From: Candidatus Bathyarchaeota archaeon
Lineage (GTDB): Archaea; Thermoproteota; Bathyarchaeia; 40CM-2-53-6
Assembly (NCBI GenBank): GCA_963733055.1
Contig: CAVTBR010000001.1
Coordinates: 192,001 to 256,000 of the forward strand
Direction: 5' to 3'
Length of the DNA: 64,000 nucleotides
Shown here: in pieces, positions 1 to 10,678 of the stretch
Layout of the letters: every line of letters begins with the position of its first letter
Numbering within the stretch: position 1 is the first letter of the stretch
The notes under the pieces: generated by a model
The model's input: only the letters and a program-made list of their open reading frames with translations
What the model was told of the DNA's origin: nothing
Databases searched by the model: none
Made by a program: the position numbers and the translations under genes

Positions 1-451
1 AAGATTTCACACTCCGCACTATGCATTGATTCTGATGAGCGTCTTGGAGATCCTTTTCGTGTACCTCACAATTTACACGCCAGCGTCCGCTTACCTTACC
101 TACAACGTAACCGGGCAGTTCGCGATTCTAGCCATCCTCGGCGTCGGAGCCATAGTCTTCCCATACGGGCGGTGGAAGGGTCTATTCGAGTCATCACCTC
201 CACTCGTTAGGAGGAAGGTTGCGGGAGTACCGTTGATTGTAATCATGGGAGTCCTCTCAGTGATTGACGGAATTGCCGTCGCGTACGCGACCCTGTCGCC
301 AGCAATAACCGGCCCGTTCAACCCAGCGTACGTAACAATGACGGGACTGTTCTTCCTCGCCGGTTTCGTCTACTATTGGCTATCGTACTTTGTCCAAAAG
401 AGACGAGGAATACCGATAGACCGGATCCATAGGGAGCTCCCACCCGAGTAA
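1..451 (+). CDS. APC-family amino acid/amine permease, C-terminal part (5' end outside window)
   Basis: Hydrophobic TM segments; C-terminus ...RRGIPIDRIHRELPPE matches the ...IPPE/IPPS ends of the two complete permeases in this window. Confidence 0.75.
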   Translation, partial: RFHTPHYALILMSVLEILFVYLTIYTPASAYLTYNVTGQFAILAILGVGAIVFPYGRWKGLFESSPPLVRRKVAGVPLIVIMGVLSVIDGIAVAYATLSPAITGPFNPAYVTMTGLFFLAGFVYYWLSYFVQKRRGIPIDRIHRELPPE

Positions 452-786
452 ACGCTTACCAGCTTTCCGAATAGCGTTCAAACAGGTCCATGAACGACCT
501 GTAGTTTCCCCTATTTCCCGCGTCGAACCTCATGCTCGTCCCATGTTCATTCGACCGGCCCAGGAGTTTTGTCCTCCGGCTCTGAGAGAAGACTCAGCCT
601 GCGCGAAGCGTTCCACACAAAGGTTAGAGAATGGTGAAGTCTTTACAACAGACATCCAACGCTCATTGATATGCATCCTCGAAACTGCAGAAATCATGAA
701 CTATTTGCGGGATCGAATCTGCATTTGCACCCGAGAAAAAGAGTCGATACGTTCTATACCTTCTTCGCAAACAACACGCGTCGATC

Positions 787-1473
787 GTGTTAGAAGGCAG
801 AAGAAATTTGAGCCGAACCAAAGACACCGCAATAAGAAACATAAGGAAACATGTCTTGGAGACCGCATTGAAAATGGTGAAAGCCGGGCTGGTCGTCGCG
901 AAGGAAGGCAATGTAAGTGCGCGGGTCCCGGGAGAGGATAAGATCGCTATTACCCCATCTCGACTCCCTTACGAGTTGATGACCGTAAACGATATCCTCG
1001 TTGTAGGGTTTGACGAAAAGATCATCCTTGGAAAAAGGAAACCATCAACAGAAACTAAGATGCATATCGCGGTTTTCAAAGCGCGAACCGATGCTGGAGG
1101 AATACTTCATACGCACTCACCCTACGCGTCTGCATTGTCGTGTCTTAATGGTTCAAGGATACCGCCCTTAATGGATGAGCAGACTGTTTACTTAGGTGGG
1201 GACGTTGGAATGACGCCCTACGCTGTGGCTGGGAGTGCCGAGATCGGAGCCAATGCTGCTTCTGCTCTCCTCGAAAGAGACGGTACATTGTTGTCCAACC
1301 ACGGCACTATCTGTTGCGGTAAGAGCCTAGAGGAGGCGCTGAGAAACGCCATTCTTGTTGAAAAGCTTGCAAAAGTCTATCTCCTTGCAAAAAGCATTGG
1401 TGAAGTTACCTCAGTCCCAGCGGACATCATTGAGGCGCAGAAACGTAGGTACCTCTCCGCGAGACAGATTTAG
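787..1473 (+). CDS. Class II aldolase/adducin family (L-fuculose-1-phosphate aldolase-like)
   Basis: GNVSAR, ITPS, PSTE, HTHS and NHG Zn-binding motifs; true start may be slightly downstream. Confidence 0.88.
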   Translation: MLEGRRNLSRTKDTAIRNIRKHVLETALKMVKAGLVVAKEGNVSARVPGEDKIAITPSRLPYELMTVNDILVVGFDEKIILGKRKPSTETKMHIAVFKARTDAGGILHTHSPYASALSCLNGSRIPPLMDEQTVYLGGDVGMTPYAVAGSAEIGANAASALLERDGTLLSNHGTICCGKSLEEALRNAILVEKLAKVYLLAKSIGEVTSVPADIIEAQKRRYLSARQI

Positions 1474-1541
1474 CACTTCGGAAGAAATATTTCACTGGAC
1501 TTTGCGTGCCCAAAACTAACAAAGCTCGTCCCATTCGGCAC

Positions 1542-2858
1542 TCATATTCTGGCAGCGTCTTTCATCGATTCTGCCGCGGCGTTGATCGTCTTATCGATAT
1601 CGTCTCTAGTGTGGGACACGGAGAGGCACCAACGCGTGTGTCGTCCTGGCGAAGAGTTGAAGACGCCTCGGTTAATCATGCCCTGGTAGAACACGGCGCA
1701 CCTCTTCATGTGAGGGTCGAGATGGATGTCGTTGATTTGTTCTGGCGTACTGAGAGGCTCGTTACTTCCGAAGATTATGGAGAATAGCGTTGGGACACCC
1801 TGTACTACACATTCAACATGTGCTTCCTTAGCCGCGTCTCGAATTCCCGCCATCAAGCGCTCTCCGAGATTGGCCATGGAGGAGTAGTGTGCCCCATTCT
1901 CGAGTTCTTTTATTGTCGCAATCGCGGCGGCAGTGCTGATCGGGTGCGAATTGTAGGTTCCCCCGACGTAGCTCTTCACACGCATGAATTCCTCCTTACC
2001 TGCCACGGCGGCAATGGGAAATCCGTTCGCCATTGCCTTTGCAAACGTCGCTAGGTCCGGTGTGATTCCATACAGCTTCTGCCCGCCTCCAATACCAACC
2101 CGGAACCCCGTCACAACTTCATCAAATATCAGCATAATATTCTCGGATTCGGTCAGCTTTCTGAGAAGTGAAAGGAAGCCTGGGTTTGGTGCGATGCATC
2201 CGAAGTTTCCAAGAAGCGTCTCGCAAATGACGGCAGCAATCTCATTGCTTCGCCTCTTCAATAATTTCTCAACGGCAGTCGGCTCATTCCATGGTAACGC
2301 TAGGATCTCTTGTCCCGCGCTTTCCGCGATTCCGCTTGATCCAAGCTGCGAGGGCAGGAAGGAATCGAATCTGTTCCAATCGTGCCAAGAATGGTAATGG
2401 CCGTTGAATTTTACGACCTTTTGCTTGCCCGTGTAGGCTCGCGCGATTCTTAATGCAGCAGCCGTGGCATCTGAACCCGACACAACAAGGTTCACCATCT
2501 CTGCACAGGGTACGTGTTTGGTGAATAGTTTTGAAAGCTCGATCTCGGCTTCATGGTTCAGCCCGAATATGATCCCATCGTCCATTTTCTTCTTGACTGC
2601 ATCATTCACCTTGGGGTAAGCATGCCCTAGAATTACCGGGCCTAATGCCATGTAATAGTCTACGAAATCATTACCATCCACATCATGCAAGTGAGACCCT
2701 GCGCCGCGACGGATGAATTTGGGATAATTCATTGCAGGCATCTCTACCCGGCCCTCGAACCTGCCAGCTATCGGCGCTATGCGCGCCCAACTGTGAGTTC
2801 CGTGAGGAGTTACTTTCTTCGCAACCTCAAGCAGTTCATTTGATTTATCAAAGTTCAA
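1542..2858 (-). CDS. Class III PLP aminotransferase, glutamate-1-semialdehyde aminomutase-like
   Basis: DVDGNDFVDY, GPVILGHA, FDEVVTGFR, FAKAMANG (PLP lysine). Confidence 0.88.
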   Translation of the reverse strand: MNFDKSNELLEVAKKVTPHGTHSWARIAPIAGRFEGRVEMPAMNYPKFIRRGAGSHLHDVDGNDFVDYYMALGPVILGHAYPKVNDAVKKKMDDGIIFGLNHEAEIELSKLFTKHVPCAEMVNLVVSGSDATAAALRIARAYTGKQKVVKFNGHYHSWHDWNRFDSFLPSQLGSSGIAESAGQEILALPWNEPTAVEKLLKRRSNEIAAVICETLLGNFGCIAPNPGFLSLLRKLTESENIMLIFDEVVTGFRVGIGGGQKLYGITPDLATFAKAMANGFPIAAVAGKEEFMRVKSYVGGTYNSHPISTAAAIATIKELENGAHYSSMANLGERLMAGIRDAAKEAHVECVVQGVPTLFSIIFGSNEPLSTPEQINDIHLDPHMKRCAVFYQGMINRGVFNSSPGRHTRWCLSVSHTRDDIDKTINAAAESMKDAARI

Positions 2859-2917
2859 GCTACGGACCTAGGCACCAGCATGGGATGCTTCCCCATAAGT
2901 GTCTCGCGCTATTCTCG

Positions 2918-4426
2918 TCAGGTCGCAGAATCTCGATTCGAATCCCATTCATGGTATATTTTGGCTAATTCCTTTGGATATGATTCCTTAAAGTTCCTCA
3001 GCAACTGTCCATAGATTCTAGAAAACTGTTTTCGTGGCCGCCTCCTGAATGAGATTGGAAGGAGTCTATCTAGATTGTCGAGGTTAGTGTAGAACCCCGT
3101 CCCAAGTGCGGCGATCAAGGCGGCGCCGATCGCGCCGGCATACTGTGGCCATTTTACCACTTCTATCTCTTGGGCCAGGACGTCTGCGAGTATCTGCGTC
3201 CATAGCCTACTATTGAAGCCCCCTCCTATCGTGCGAAGTGGTCTTCGTGTGATGGGTACGTGTTGATTCTTCATTTGGTCACGTACCCATCCAATGTTGA
3301 ACGCCACGCCTTCCATAACAGCCCGTACTAAGTGCTCCCTCCCATGATTGAGTGTCAGGCCCATGAACGCCCCTCGTGCGGAATCGTCCCTTATCGGAGC
3401 CTTCTCACCTTTCATCCAAGGCGTGAAGATTAGATTCCCGGATCCGGGTGGTGCTTGCGCAGCGAGGCGGTCTAACTGAGCGTATCTCTGACGTTCACTC
3501 ATGCGCGCGGGGTAGAGTTGCTGTGATAACCAGTCTAAACACGCGCAGGCACTCTCTGACTCACCCGCCAAAAACCATCTTCCCATAGGGTTGATTGCAA
3601 ATAGGCCGCCGGAAGGTATCTTTCCCGCTGCGAATCGAGTCTTCTTCGATGACGTTACGCAAAACCACGAAGAGGACCCTAGATAGACGTGGGCGCTTCC
3701 CGACCTTAGTGCTCCAGACCCCATGACTGCGGTCGCCACGTCACTTCCACCCGCGACTACCGGAACACCTTCAGTGAGGCCTAGCTCTCTACCCGCGGTC
3801 TCCGTCGTTATACCAGCAATGCCTATTGCGGGTATTGGTGTCGCGACCCTGTCTGCTGTTAGACCGTAGCGTTCGAACCTCCATTCCTTCTTCTCCCCAT
3901 AGCCAAACCATAGCGCATTTTCTATTGGCAAAACGAAATTTCCAGTCAGCTTCGCTAGTAGATAGCCGCCACAGTCAATGAATTTGAAGGCCTCACGGAA
4001 AACCCGCGGCTCATGTCTCTTCAACCACAAGCATTTCACGGGAACATCCTTAGCCGAGAGATCACGACCGGTTTCTTCGCACATGATGTCCGCCTCTTTA
4101 GTGGCTCTGGAATCGAGCCAAGTCATGCAGGGGGCAAGTGGTCGGACGTTGGCGTCGACGGGTATGAACCCTAATCCTTGAACTCCGCAACTGATACCTC
4201 CAACCCGGTTTGAGTGAAGCCGTCCTTTCCGCAACGTCCGTCTAGTTGCCCTTACAAGCGCCCTCCACCAATCCCTCGGATTCTGTTCATGTGCGCCTGC
4301 AACGGGCGAGTAAGACGGGTAGCGTTGAAAATCCGAAGCGAGAGGATGACCTTTCGAATCTACCGCAACGGCCTTAACGCCACTTGTCCCTAGGTCATAT
4401 CCAAGAAAATACTTTCCCGGCGTCAA
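2918..4426 (-). CDS. FGGY-family carbohydrate kinase (xylulokinase-like)
   Basis: GYDLGTSGVKA, WLDSRA, GGSD, RAVMEGVAF, GGG motifs. Confidence 0.9.
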   Translation of the reverse strand: MTPGKYFLGYDLGTSGVKAVAVDSKGHPLASDFQRYPSYSPVAGAHEQNPRDWWRALVRATRRTLRKGRLHSNRVGGISCGVQGLGFIPVDANVRPLAPCMTWLDSRATKEADIMCEETGRDLSAKDVPVKCLWLKRHEPRVFREAFKFIDCGGYLLAKLTGNFVLPIENALWFGYGEKKEWRFERYGLTADRVATPIPAIGIAGITTETAGRELGLTEGVPVVAGGSDVATAVMGSGALRSGSAHVYLGSSSWFCVTSSKKTRFAAGKIPSGGLFAINPMGRWFLAGESESACACLDWLSQQLYPARMSERQRYAQLDRLAAQAPPGSGNLIFTPWMKGEKAPIRDDSARGAFMGLTLNHGREHLVRAVMEGVAFNIGWVRDQMKNQHVPITRRPLRTIGGGFNSRLWTQILADVLAQEIEVVKWPQYAGAIGAALIAALGTGFYTNLDNLDRLLPISFRRRPRKQFSRIYGQLLRNFKESYPKELAKIYHEWDSNRDSAT

Positions 4427-4711
4427 GTAGTATCAACCGTAAGCCAAGGAAACTGCGAAACTCAAGGAGCCATAAAGTGTTATGGTGTGGCAGGAAGAAG
4501 TTAAATCCAAACAATCAAGATTCGCGGGCACTTTGGCGGAGAAAGTGAACTTCTAGAGAGAGCTCAAGGGAAGAACGGTCGCCACGGCGGTCATAGAGGC
4601 TTCTCAGCCGTGACTATGAAGGGCAACGACGAAGCCGAATTTTCAGTCGGATATCATGCGCGCGGAGTAGAAACCTTAAGAGAACCTGCTCGTAACGCGA
4701 GACGAGTCGCT

Positions 4712-5540
4712 TTGGAGACATCGGATCTTCAGCACCTACGAGAACTGCGCTAGGTTTGTCCGCACGGAGACGATACGTCTAATTCAGATCGCGAAGAGTG
4801 GGCATTATACGTCTGTCTTCTCAGCGGCAGAGATCCTTTCGACTTTGTACTACCATACCATGCGTCTCTCCTCAGATCCTAAATGGCCCGACCGCGACCG
4901 CCTAATTCTTTCAAAAGGGCACATCGCCGTGGGAGTGTACCCGATTCTCGCCGATTTGGGTTTCTTTCCAAAGAAATGGCTTGACACTTACGCTAACCTC
5001 GGATCGCCTTTGGGCGACCATCCGGATATGCGAAAAGTCCCAGGCGCTGATTTTAGTTCAGGTTCATTGGGGCACGGGTTATCGATTGGTTTGGGCATGG
5101 CGTTCTGGTTGAGGCAGACTCAATCGCCTGCCAGAGTCTTTGTGCTAATGGGAGATGCGGAACTGAACGAGGGTCAGATCTGGGAGGCGGCTCAAGCGGC
5201 TGCTCACTATCATGTCGACAATCTGATAGGAATCGTAGACCGCAACATGATGGGTCTCGATGGGTTCACTGATGAGGTTATGGACATAGAACCTTTGGCG
5301 GATAAGTGGCGGTCGTTTGGATGGCAAGTGCACGAGTGCGACGGACATTCCGTGGGCGATCTCGTACGCACATTCGACAACCTACCCAGAAGCAGTAGTC
5401 AACCACAGGTCGTCATAGCGCGAACCGTCAAAGGGAAAGGAGTCAGTTTCATGGAAAAATCGCGAGTATGGCATTTGGGCCTGCTAACCGGAACTGACGT
5501 GGAAGCTGCGAATAAGGAGCTGTTAGTTGATGACAGGTGA
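4712..5540 (+). CDS. Transketolase N-terminal (ThDP-binding) subunit; +1 frameshift near 4743
   Basis: LSKGH, GSLGHGL, GDAELNEG. The frame upstream of 4845 continues as ARFVRTETIRLIQIAKSGHYTSVFS and joins TTG-4712 if one base is removed. Confidence 0.85.
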
Positions 5541-6531
5541 CCTGAAGCTGCAGGAGAAACAGTCTTGGAACCTAGGCATGATCCCCACTCAAGCCCGCGC
5601 GCTTGTAGCCGGCAAAGTCCTAGCCGACCTCGCCGATCGGAATGACCGAATAGCCGTTCTGACCGCGGATTTGGGGTATAGCAATCGTACAATAGAGTTC
5701 GCGCAAAGGCACCCGAACCGGTTCTTCAACCTCGGAATCGCGGAGCAGAACATGGTGAGCGTCGCTGCGGGGCTTGCGGCTTGCGGCGCTATCCCGTATG
5801 TCGCCACATTCGCATCCTTCCTAGCCCTCCTGTGTTGCGAGCAGATCCGAACCGACTTGGCATATCCAAACCTCCCCGTTCGATTACTCGCACACCATAC
5901 GGGTATCTCACTTGGCTACTACGGCACATCTCACCACGCAACCGAAGACATCGGAATCATGCGATCCATGGCTAACATGAAGATCGTCTGCCCCGCCGAC
6001 GCTTACAGCCTCGACCAAGCCCTACGACAAACCGTCGATGTCGAGGGGCCCATCTACTTCCGCCTTGGACGGGGCCGTGAGCCAGACGTATACCGAAGCG
6101 GAGACAAATGGGAATTCGGGAAATTAAACGTCCTTCGCCGCGGAAAAAACGCATTATTAATCTCGAACGGCATCATGGTCTTTGCTGCAAGAGAAGCCGC
6201 AGAATTATTGGCGAAAGAAGGCATCGACATCACCGTCGTCGATTTGCACACACTCCAACCGCTGGACACTGAGCGGCTGTTATCCCTCGTAGCGCAGCAT
6301 CGTTCTGTATTCGTTGCGGAGGAGCATAACACGAGGGGAGGAGTCGCAAGCGCTGTTGCTGATATGATTATTGATGCCCGGATGAAAGACGTGCAACTAG
6401 TGCGAATTGGATTCCCCCCCGACGAATACGCGATTATTGGTCCGCCTTACTACCTCTACCAACATTACGGGTTGGACGGTGCTGGGATTGCGGGGCGGGT
6501 TCGCGAAGTGCTGCGTAAGGAGAAATCGTAG
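5527..6531 (+). CDS. Transketolase C-terminal (pyrimidine-binding) subunit
   Basis: GIAEQNM, GTSHHATED, EEHN motifs; overlaps the stop of the N-terminal subunit. Confidence 0.9.
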   Translation: MMTGDLKLQEKQSWNLGMIPTQARALVAGKVLADLADRNDRIAVLTADLGYSNRTIEFAQRHPNRFFNLGIAEQNMVSVAAGLAACGAIPYVATFASFLALLCCEQIRTDLAYPNLPVRLLAHHTGISLGYYGTSHHATEDIGIMRSMANMKIVCPADAYSLDQALRQTVDVEGPIYFRLGRGREPDVYRSGDKWEFGKLNVLRRGKNALLISNGIMVFAAREAAELLAKEGIDITVVDLHTLQPLDTERLLSLVAQHRSVFVAEEHNTRGGVASAVADMIIDARMKDVQLVRIGFPPDEYAIIGPPYYLYQHYGLDGAGIAGRVREVLRKEKS

Positions 6532-6631
6532 TAGCCGCGGTACGAATTAACGACAACTCCCACGGAGAGTATCAACGTTAATAGTCTGCAAGACTCGACG
6601 CTGCATGCTATCGTACCGTTGGTGATGCAGT

Positions 6632-7366
6632 TTGGGTTTAGAGATTTACACCCTGATGCTAGGGGAGACTGTGGACGACGAGAGCACACTCACGTACTTG
6701 GGAAGTCCCGGCAAAACAAGGAAGACCGCGTTCTATTCTTTCTACATTAAGGGCGCAGAAACTCCAATTATCGTCGACACGTTCATCAGAGACCCGACCC
6801 GGCCGAACTGGGGCAATGCGATTGAAGTTAAACCCGAATGGGAGTACAAGCGACAGCTCGCGAATGTTGGCCTTGACCCACAGAAGGTAGGGATCGTAAT
6901 ACTTACACACCTGCATTTTGATCACTGTGGCAACAACAACCTGTTTCCTAATGCCAAGATCTACGTACAAAGAGAGGAACTCGCCTACGCTGCAACCCTG
7001 AACGACACTAGATCCTTACAGCTCTTTGATCAGAGAGACATCGCTAATCTCGTTGAGCGTGACAAACACCGTCTCGAAATCATCGATGGCGACCGGGAAG
7101 TTGCTAAGGGGGTTAAGTGTGTTCGCGTAGGGGGACACACAGCGGGAAGCCAAGCGGTCTATGTCGACACTGCGCAAGGCCTTGCGATATTGACGGGGGA
7201 TGCCTGCTACGTTTACGATAACTTAGAGCAACGGATTCCTACAGGCATTTTCTTCCGATATGAGGAATGCATAGCCGCTATTGACAGGTTCAGAAGAGAA
7301 GGCCGATTCATAATAGTCAATCACGATCTCGATGTGCTCAAGAAATACCCGAAAGTACCTCCGTAG
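6632..7366 (+). CDS. Metallo-beta-lactamase fold hydrolase, N-acyl-homoserine lactonase-like
   Basis: THLHFDHCG, GGHTAG, TGDA, NHD motifs. Confidence 0.85.
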   Translation: MGLEIYTLMLGETVDDESTLTYLGSPGKTRKTAFYSFYIKGAETPIIVDTFIRDPTRPNWGNAIEVKPEWEYKRQLANVGLDPQKVGIVILTHLHFDHCGNNNLFPNAKIYVQREELAYAATLNDTRSLQLFDQRDIANLVERDKHRLEIIDGDREVAKGVKCVRVGGHTAGSQAVYVDTAQGLAILTGDACYVYDNLEQRIPTGIFFRYEECIAAIDRFRREGRFIIVNHDLDVLKKYPKVPP

Positions 7367-7460
7367 AGTGCTTGCTGATACATCTTCGACCTATTTCTAG
7401 CGCTCAATCCTGAGCCCAATCGTCCTGAAGAGATAGTCAGGATCTTCGCAGGTCGGCCAA

Positions 7461-9083
7461 TTATTCGGGTGGAATTTCTTTGTAGATCAGAGCGAGGTCG
7501 ATGCCCTCTCTCTTTTTCACCGACTTTAACAACGGGTAAACGAGCAATCCAACAATATACAGAACTACGATAACCATCAGTGAGAGCGTGTTGTTCTGCG
7601 GAGAGATTCCCGCATAGCCTGGGTTTGTGGCGACAACGTAGTCAATGTAGATCACCGACAAAGAACCTAAGATTCCGAAAAGCGTCATTAATGGTAGCGG
7701 TCCAAGTTTTGCCTTAACATAGCGGGGCTGCGCGTTGAACTGGTCTTTCCGGAGGAACGGAAATGCGGCAGCAATTAGGGGCGGAATTATCCAGATACTA
7801 TTGAAGGCTGTGGTGAAATTCGTGTAACTGAACGCGGGCGAAAATGAGTAGATGGCTAGGACAATGAACGAAAGCCCTGTTATTAATAAAATGGCTTTGA
7901 CTGGCGTCGCAGTTCTAGGATTGACATCAGAGAGAGAGGATGGGATTAAGCGATCGAAGCTCCAAGCAAATATGTTTCGCGTCACATACACGAACCAAAC
8001 CGCGACCAGCAGGTAGCCCCACAGGATGACTCCAAAGAACGTCAGCCAGATAACCACAGGACTAGTGTTTGCCAAGCTTACGAGAAACGGAAGACTCGGG
8101 ACGCTCGGCAGCGTGTAGGAAGAGGTGTTGAACGCAAGGTAGCTGACCGCCGCCAACCAATTCTGGCCCACCATATTGAACAGCAAGTAACCAAGAAGAA
8201 CCACTACTACGGCGACCAGGCCGAGGGCGGCCAGAGAGACCGCCACGACGGTTTTGCTAACGTTCTTGATTTCTCCTCCGACAAAATTGAGGCTATTCGC
8301 TCCGGTCATGGTGAAGTATACCACCGGCAATGATAGAATCGTGGATTGAAACATAGCCATCGTCCCGGTAGGGATCGAGAAGCCAGCTTTGTTGGCCTGT
8401 GTGACGAGGAGCGTGTAACTGTCTGTTGAGTTAGTGTAAGGGTGAGCAAAGGAGTTGAAGGAACTTACAAAACTCGAGTTGGGCGTGGTTGCCAAAACAG
8501 CTATCCAAACAAATACTGCGACCATTCCAACGATAAACGCGAAGCTGTTCACTCTCTTTAACCATCCGCGGCCGAGAATAATCACCGCTGCCGAAAATAC
8601 CGTAATGATGAATCCGACAATGAACCCATACATTGGTGTACTCGCTTGCGCCGCTAACGAGATCAAGGCCTGGTTGTTTGTTGCGTAGCCCGCGGCGGCT
8701 GCCGCGCCTGACAGCGCGAGGGTCCCCGCGAAATATGCGTTGAACGCTATCCCCAGGACTCCGACCGCGGTGAAGAAGAAATTGTTCGCGAAACCTAGGG
8801 AGGGTGAGAGCGTTCGGCTAATGAAGACATAGTCGCCGCCCGACCGGGGCATGGCAACCGTCATCTGAGTATAGACTACTACAACGCACAAATTCATCAA
8901 AGTACAGATGAGAAAACTCAGGCCAAGATTGAATGCTGGGGCAAAGGCGAGAGTCGAAGAGAATACGAGGTAAACGCCCGACCCTATGTTGATGAAACCC
9001 AGTACAAGCACGAAGGCATCCCAACCGCTAAAACCCCTAACTAAGCCGGTTGCGTCCCTAAGAAAGACACGTTTACTCGTCAT
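7461..9083 (-). CDS. APC-family amino acid/amine permease
   Basis: FLRDATGLVR, MPRSGGDYVF, about 12-14 TM segments, WSFDR, KEIPPE. Confidence 0.88.
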   Translation of the reverse strand: MTSKRVFLRDATGLVRGFSGWDAFVLVLGFINIGSGVYLVFSSTLAFAPAFNLGLSFLICTLMNLCVVVVYTQMTVAMPRSGGDYVFISRTLSPSLGFANNFFFTAVGVLGIAFNAYFAGTLALSGAAAAAGYATNNQALISLAAQASTPMYGFIVGFIITVFSAAVIILGRGWLKRVNSFAFIVGMVAVFVWIAVLATTPNSSFVSSFNSFAHPYTNSTDSYTLLVTQANKAGFSIPTGTMAMFQSTILSLPVVYFTMTGANSLNFVGGEIKNVSKTVVAVSLAALGLVAVVVVLLGYLLFNMVGQNWLAAVSYLAFNTSSYTLPSVPSLPFLVSLANTSPVVIWLTFFGVILWGYLLVAVWFVYVTRNIFAWSFDRLIPSSLSDVNPRTATPVKAILLITGLSFIVLAIYSFSPAFSYTNFTTAFNSIWIIPPLIAAAFPFLRKDQFNAQPRYVKAKLGPLPLMTLFGILGSLSVIYIDYVVATNPGYAGISPQNNTLSLMVIVVLYIVGLLVYPLLKSVKKREGIDLALIYKEIPPE

Positions 9084-9292
9084 ACTTCCGAGGGTTTCCG
9101 TGAATTTTGTATTAAAGACTTATGTCATATCATTTATGGGTCTGAATCGCGGAGCCAGCAGAACGCCTCATAATCAAAGACATCACAGATTCGGAAATAT
9201 TTTGTTGTCCGTATGACGAAATAACTGGGCCACCCGAAACACCCACCGCCTAGTAGGGTAAGGAATACAAATATACTCTGACCTCGCCAGCG

Positions 9293-10603
9293 TTGGCGGT
9301 AAGTCGGATGGCCTTATCCCACCTAGCTAAGTCGAGGCAGATCTTCGAATATGCGAAACGCTACATTCCAGGCGGAGTCAACACATCTCTCAGAGCGATC
9401 GGTATACCGTTTGCGTTTACGCGAGCCAAGGGATCTAGGTTATGGGATGCTGACGGAAATGAATATGTTGACTACCACGCTGCGTTTGGGCCGCAAATTC
9501 TCGGCCACTGCCATCCGAAGGTGGATGTGTGCGTCATCGAAACTCTGCAGAACCTGGACCTTGTAGGATTGGGTACGACGGAGGACGAAGCCAAGCTAGC
9601 CGAGATGATTTGCCGGCACGTACCTTCCTCCAAGAAGGTTCTCTTCTGTAACTCGGGTTCCGAGGCTACGTACACGGCTATCAGGTTAGCGCGGGCAACC
9701 ACAAAAAGAACAGAATTGATCAAGTTCCAAGGATGTTACCATGGCTGGCATGACTCCGTCCTATTGAACTACGCTAGCAAGAAATCAATGCTAAATCGTA
9801 GGGATCCGCAATCTGCTGGAATGATTGAGGAGGTTGTCAACAAAACCCACCCCCTCCCATACAACAACCTGGCCGCAGTGAAGCGCAAAATTCGCGAAAG
9901 GAAAAAGAAGATTGCGGCAATCATACTCGAAGCTATACCGCACAACATCGGTTGCGTAATGCCGAAGATTGAATTTCTGAAGGGACTCCGCGAGGTTACG
10001 GAGGATAATGGCATCGTACTGATCTTCGACGAAGTAATCACTGGGTTTCGTCACAGCTTAGGTGGATACCAGAAGATATGCGGAGTTACGCCTGACTTGA
10101 CAACCCTCGGAAAGAGCATTGCTAACGGGTACCCGTTGGCTGCGATTTGCGGTAGGGAGGATCTAATGAATAGGTTCAAGACTGCTGGAGGTGACGTATT
10201 CTTCGCGGGCACATACAACGGCCACCCACTCTCAACATCTGCTGGCGTCGCCACCCTCCAAGAACTAGAGAGCGGCTCAGTGTACGAACATGTCTTCGCA
10301 ATGGGCGACCAGATGAGGAAGGGTATGCAAGAAATATGCCAAAGCCTCGGTTTGACGGCCTACCCAACCGGGTTCGGATCGGTCTTCGTCACCTATTTCA
10401 TGAAGCCGCCCGTCGAGAACTATGCGGATCTTCTGAGAAACGACGGCAAGTTCGACGAAACCTTCCGACGCAAAATGGTTGAACGCGGCCATCTCATAAT
10501 CCCATCGAGCCTAAAACGCGGCGTCATCAGCGGAAGCCACACAGAGCAAGACATTAGGAATACGCTAGAGGCGGCTAAGCAAAGCCTCACTGAGAGTATG
10601 TAG
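9293..10603 (+). CDS. Class III PLP aminotransferase, GSA aminomutase-like (second copy)
   Basis: PGGVNT, DADGNEYVDY, NSGSEAT, FDEVITGFR, LGKSIANG. Confidence 0.88.
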   Translation: MAVSRMALSHLAKSRQIFEYAKRYIPGGVNTSLRAIGIPFAFTRAKGSRLWDADGNEYVDYHAAFGPQILGHCHPKVDVCVIETLQNLDLVGLGTTEDEAKLAEMICRHVPSSKKVLFCNSGSEATYTAIRLARATTKRTELIKFQGCYHGWHDSVLLNYASKKSMLNRRDPQSAGMIEEVVNKTHPLPYNNLAAVKRKIRERKKKIAAIILEAIPHNIGCVMPKIEFLKGLREVTEDNGIVLIFDEVITGFRHSLGGYQKICGVTPDLTTLGKSIANGYPLAAICGREDLMNRFKTAGGDVFFAGTYNGHPLSTSAGVATLQELESGSVYEHVFAMGDQMRKGMQEICQSLGLTAYPTGFGSVFVTYFMKPPVENYADLLRNDGKFDETFRRKMVERGHLIIPSSLKRGVISGSHTEQDIRNTLEAAKQSLTESM

Positions 10604-10678
10604 AACTCTGAACTTGAAGGAGCGACAAGAGATCAACTCGAGATATTTGCAGTCTTAGATTATTTTCTGAAATCAAGA

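Noticed and set aside
4583-4619. Interleaved 6-bp complementary segments upstream of transketolase (pseudoknot or riboswitch)
   Set aside because: Loop geometry is implausible (1-nt third loop), there is no TPP-riboswitch consensus, and chance is a sufficient explanation
1542-10603. Assigning hemL to either class III aminotransferase
   Set aside because: Two divergent copies in a catabolic context with no hem genes; only a family-level call is supported
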